Below are positions 31,629 through 34,495 of a DNA stretch of 34,495 nucleotides, in pieces (within the stretch, counting starts at the first letter, position 1; the number at the start of each line of letters is the position of its first letter). The notes under the pieces were generated by a model. It saw only the letters and a program-made list of their open reading frames with translations, was not told the origin of the DNA and did not search any database. The position numbers and the translations under genes are program-made. This stretch comes from Eremomyces bilateralis CBS 781.70 (taxonomy: Eukaryota), in the NCBI GenBank assembly GCA_010015585.1, contig ML975149.1, one strand, 5' to 3'.

Positions 31629-34495
31629 ATGGCACCCCGCAACTCTCTCAACAGCCCCGACTCCTATGCGGTCGCCTGGATCGCAGCTCTTCCCATCGAG
31701 CGGGCCGCTGCAGAAGCGATGTTCGACGAGGAACATGCGCCTCCAACTGGCTTCGCTAGGCACCAAATCGACGCGAACCGTTATACATGGGGTCGTATGG
31801 GAGAGCACAACATCGTTATCGTCAGTCTTGCCGCCGGAGACTATGGAACCACCTCGGCTGCGACCACGGCCTCGAACCTGCTTGCCTCTCTGCCATCCAT
31901 CCGTGTTGGTCTTCTGGTCGGCATAGGCGGCGGCATCGCACGACCGGACGATGACCGCGATATCCGGCTAGGCGACATTGTCGTGAGCCAGCCCGATGGG
32001 ACCAGAGGCGGCGTCTGCCAGTACGACTTGATCAAGGCAAAGCCTGGTGACAGGCGTGAGCGCAAAGGCTTCCTCGGACGGCCTCCGACGGTCCTCCTCA
32101 ATGCGCTTGCCAGCATCCAGGCCGATCACGAGCGGAAAGACTCCAAAGTTCGCTGCTTCCTTCAACAGATGCTAGAGAAATACCCGAAGATGGGCAAGAG
32201 ATCCAAGATAAGTCCTGGCTATACTCACCAGGGCTTCGACAAAGACCGCCTCTTCAAGGCTTCTAGTGGCCACGTCTCCGGGCCGGACTGTCGGGGCTGC
32301 GACGCGGCTGGCGACGTTCAACGCGATCCTCGGGACACCACCGACCCCGATATCCACTACGGGACCATCGCATCCGGCAACACGCTGGTCAAAGACGCCG
32401 CTGCGCGCGATCGGATTGTTGCCGACGTCGGCGAGGATTGCATCTGCTTTGAGATGGAAGCAGCCGGCCTGATGAACCACTTTCCCTGTCTTGTGATCCG
32501 AGGGATCTGCGACTACGCCGATTCCCACAAGAACGATCGATGGCAACGTTACGCCTCGGCCACCGCCGCTGCGTATACTAAGGAGCTCCTGGCGTACGTG
32601 CCGGCCGCGGAGGTCCAGGAGACTAAGAAAGCGCTGGAAATGCTTCAATCAGGTTAGTGATCCATATCCTCCGACAGGGTCCTGGCCTGGCGAATAAATA
32701 AGGCGGAGTAATAATATCACGTCGAACATATTCTGACCTGCCTTAGTTGAACAAAAAATCGATAGTATGCAGCAGACCATAGGTGTAGCGAAAATAGCCA
32801 CTGATTCTATCCAGGCCGACCTTCGTACCGAGAAGATCGAGCGCTGGCTTCGCCCCTCCGATCCGTCTAGAAACGCCAACCACGCGAGGGAGCTCCGCCA
32901 TGAGGGGACAGGTGCGTGGCTCCTAGAAAACCCGGCCTTCCAGGAGTGGCACTCAGGGTCGCGTCGACATTTGTGGTTGTATGGTCTCACGGGATGTGGA
33001 AAGACGGTTCTCAGCGCAACTGTGCTGGATCATCTCGAGAAGGGAAACGACCGTCTTATCCTCAGCTTCTTCTTTGACTTTGGCGACACGGAAAAGCAGA
33101 CTGTGGATGGCATGCTGCGGTCGCTTGCTTTCCAACTCTACCGAGGCCGCGGTGCCTCTGCAGGTCTTCTTAACGCCTCATTCCAAGCACACCAGGATGG
33201 CCGTGACCAAATTGCGACAAAGGCGCTCTCGGATGTTTTATTCAAGACTCTCACAGTCCAGACGAAGGTCTCTATCGTTCTGGACGCCTTGGACGAGTCG
33301 ACAACGAGGCGCGAACTACTCCTCTGGATCAAGGACGTAGTTTCCAGGCCAGATCTGGGCCACGTCCAGCTGATTTGTACCGGTCGGCCTGAAGCCGAGT
33401 TCCTAAGCGATATCCCCTCGTTAATAGGCGAGGAAAACAGCTTGGCACTCGACAAGCACTCTATCAACGCTGATATCCGATCGTACGTCGCAGCACAGCT
33501 TTCGCAACGACGTGAATTTCGGAACAAGCACTTGTCCCGGGATCTCCTTGAGGGGATCCGGAGGAAGATTGGCGACGGAGCCGACGGGATGTGAGATATT
33601 ATTGCTTCAATTGATATGCTGATGGTTTGCTGACGCTCTGCGTAGGTTCAGATGGGCGTTCTGTCAGTTGGACAGCCTGGCTCGATGTCGTCACGAAGCG
33701 GACATGGCGAAAGCGCTTGCATCTTTGCCGCGGAACCTAGAAGAAACGTACCGACGCATGATTGAATGCATACCGATGGAGCTCAAAAACGATGCGATAC
33801 GGCTCCTACAATTCCTAGTACACTCCGAGCGACCTCTCAAGCTGGTCGAGGCTAAAGAAGTAATAGCAACACAGATCGAAAACGGGTCGCAGGGATTTGA
33901 TATCAAGCGTCGACTGTTTTGCGAGACAGATGTTTTAGACTACTGCCCCGGCTTAGCGACATTCGTTCACGCCACCGATAAAGAGCTGCATCTTGCCCAC
34001 TTTTCTGTCAAAGAGTACCTTCTTAGGGAGAATCGGTTCAAGATTTCGACTGCCAGCATTTCTATCACGAGGACATGCTTGACATATCTTACGGACATTA
34101 ATGGTAGCCACCAAAAGATCAAGCAGGAATTTCCGATGGCAAGATTTGCAGCGGAAGTCTGGACAGGCTTTGCTGCGTTGGCTCAGGCTTCAGAAGATAT
34201 AGTTCGAGGGACGGTCAGGTTCGTAGAAGAGGAAGTGACGTTCCAGCGATGGGCTCGCTTGTATCAGGCTGATATGCATTGGGTCGATGACCCAGGTCCT
34301 CCACGAGGTTCCAAGCTCTACTATGCTTGCTTCGTTGGGCTCATAGCGCCTGCGCGAGATCTTATCGGCAAGGGAGCAGACGTCAATGCCCAGGGCGGCT
34401 TCTACGGCAACGCTCTCCAAGCCGCCTCATTTCGAGGCCATCAAGAGATTATCGCGCTACTCTTAGACAAGGGAGCAGATGTCAATGCCCAGGGC
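31629..34495 (+). CDS. NLR-like protein: PNP_UDP (purine/uridine phosphorylase-fold) effector, NACHT NTPase, ankyrin repeats; 3' truncated by the window end
   Basis: YAVAWIAALPIE, GLLVGIGGG, DIRLGDIVVS, FEMEAAGLMN and IRGICDYADSHKN. Introns 32653-32746 and 33591-33645. Walker A GLTGCGKT, Walker B IVLDALDE, GM|FRWAFCQL, LAHFSVKEYL, then KGADVNAQGGFYGNALQAASFRGHQEIIALLLDKGADVNAQG. Confidence 0.95.
34369..34495 (+). repeat. Start of a 99-bp-period ankyrin repeat array
   Basis: CAAGGGAGCAGAYGTCAATGCCCAGGGC at 34369-34396 and 34468-34495, exactly 99 bp apart, 1 mismatch in 28 bp. Confidence 0.85.

Overview
Filamentous ascomycete (Pezizomycotina-type) genomic DNA with short GT-AG introns, so the ORF track fragments most genes. 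Genes from left to right: a secreted CALB-like lipase (+), a small three-exon single-pass membrane protein (-), an SDR (-) divergent from a nucleoside hydrolase (+), GINS subunit PSF1 (-) divergent from an uncharacterised, probably mitochondrial protein (+), a Meu6-like PH-domain protein with a long A/E/K/P/T-rich tail (-), a cytochrome P450 (+), a decayed Baeyer-Villiger monooxygenase fragment (+), an intronless Zn2Cys6 transcription factor (-), a secreted two-WSC-domain protein (+), and a PNP_UDP-NACHT-ankyrin NLR-like gene (+) that runs off the window end. Mobile DNA: a 1.56-kb frameshifted Tc1-like element with ~48-bp TIRs, two MITE-like elements and a RecQ-helicase relic. Most notable observations: (i) a splice donor overlapping the stop codon of the PH-domain gene that, through two phase-compatible introns, would add a ~172-aa C-terminal extension; (ii) the Tc1-like element has DD38E spacing and an apparent 3-bp TAG target duplication instead of TA; (iii) a P450 / BVMO-pseudogene / TF trio that looks like an eroding gene cluster. 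All calls come from manual reading and motif recall; no searches were run.
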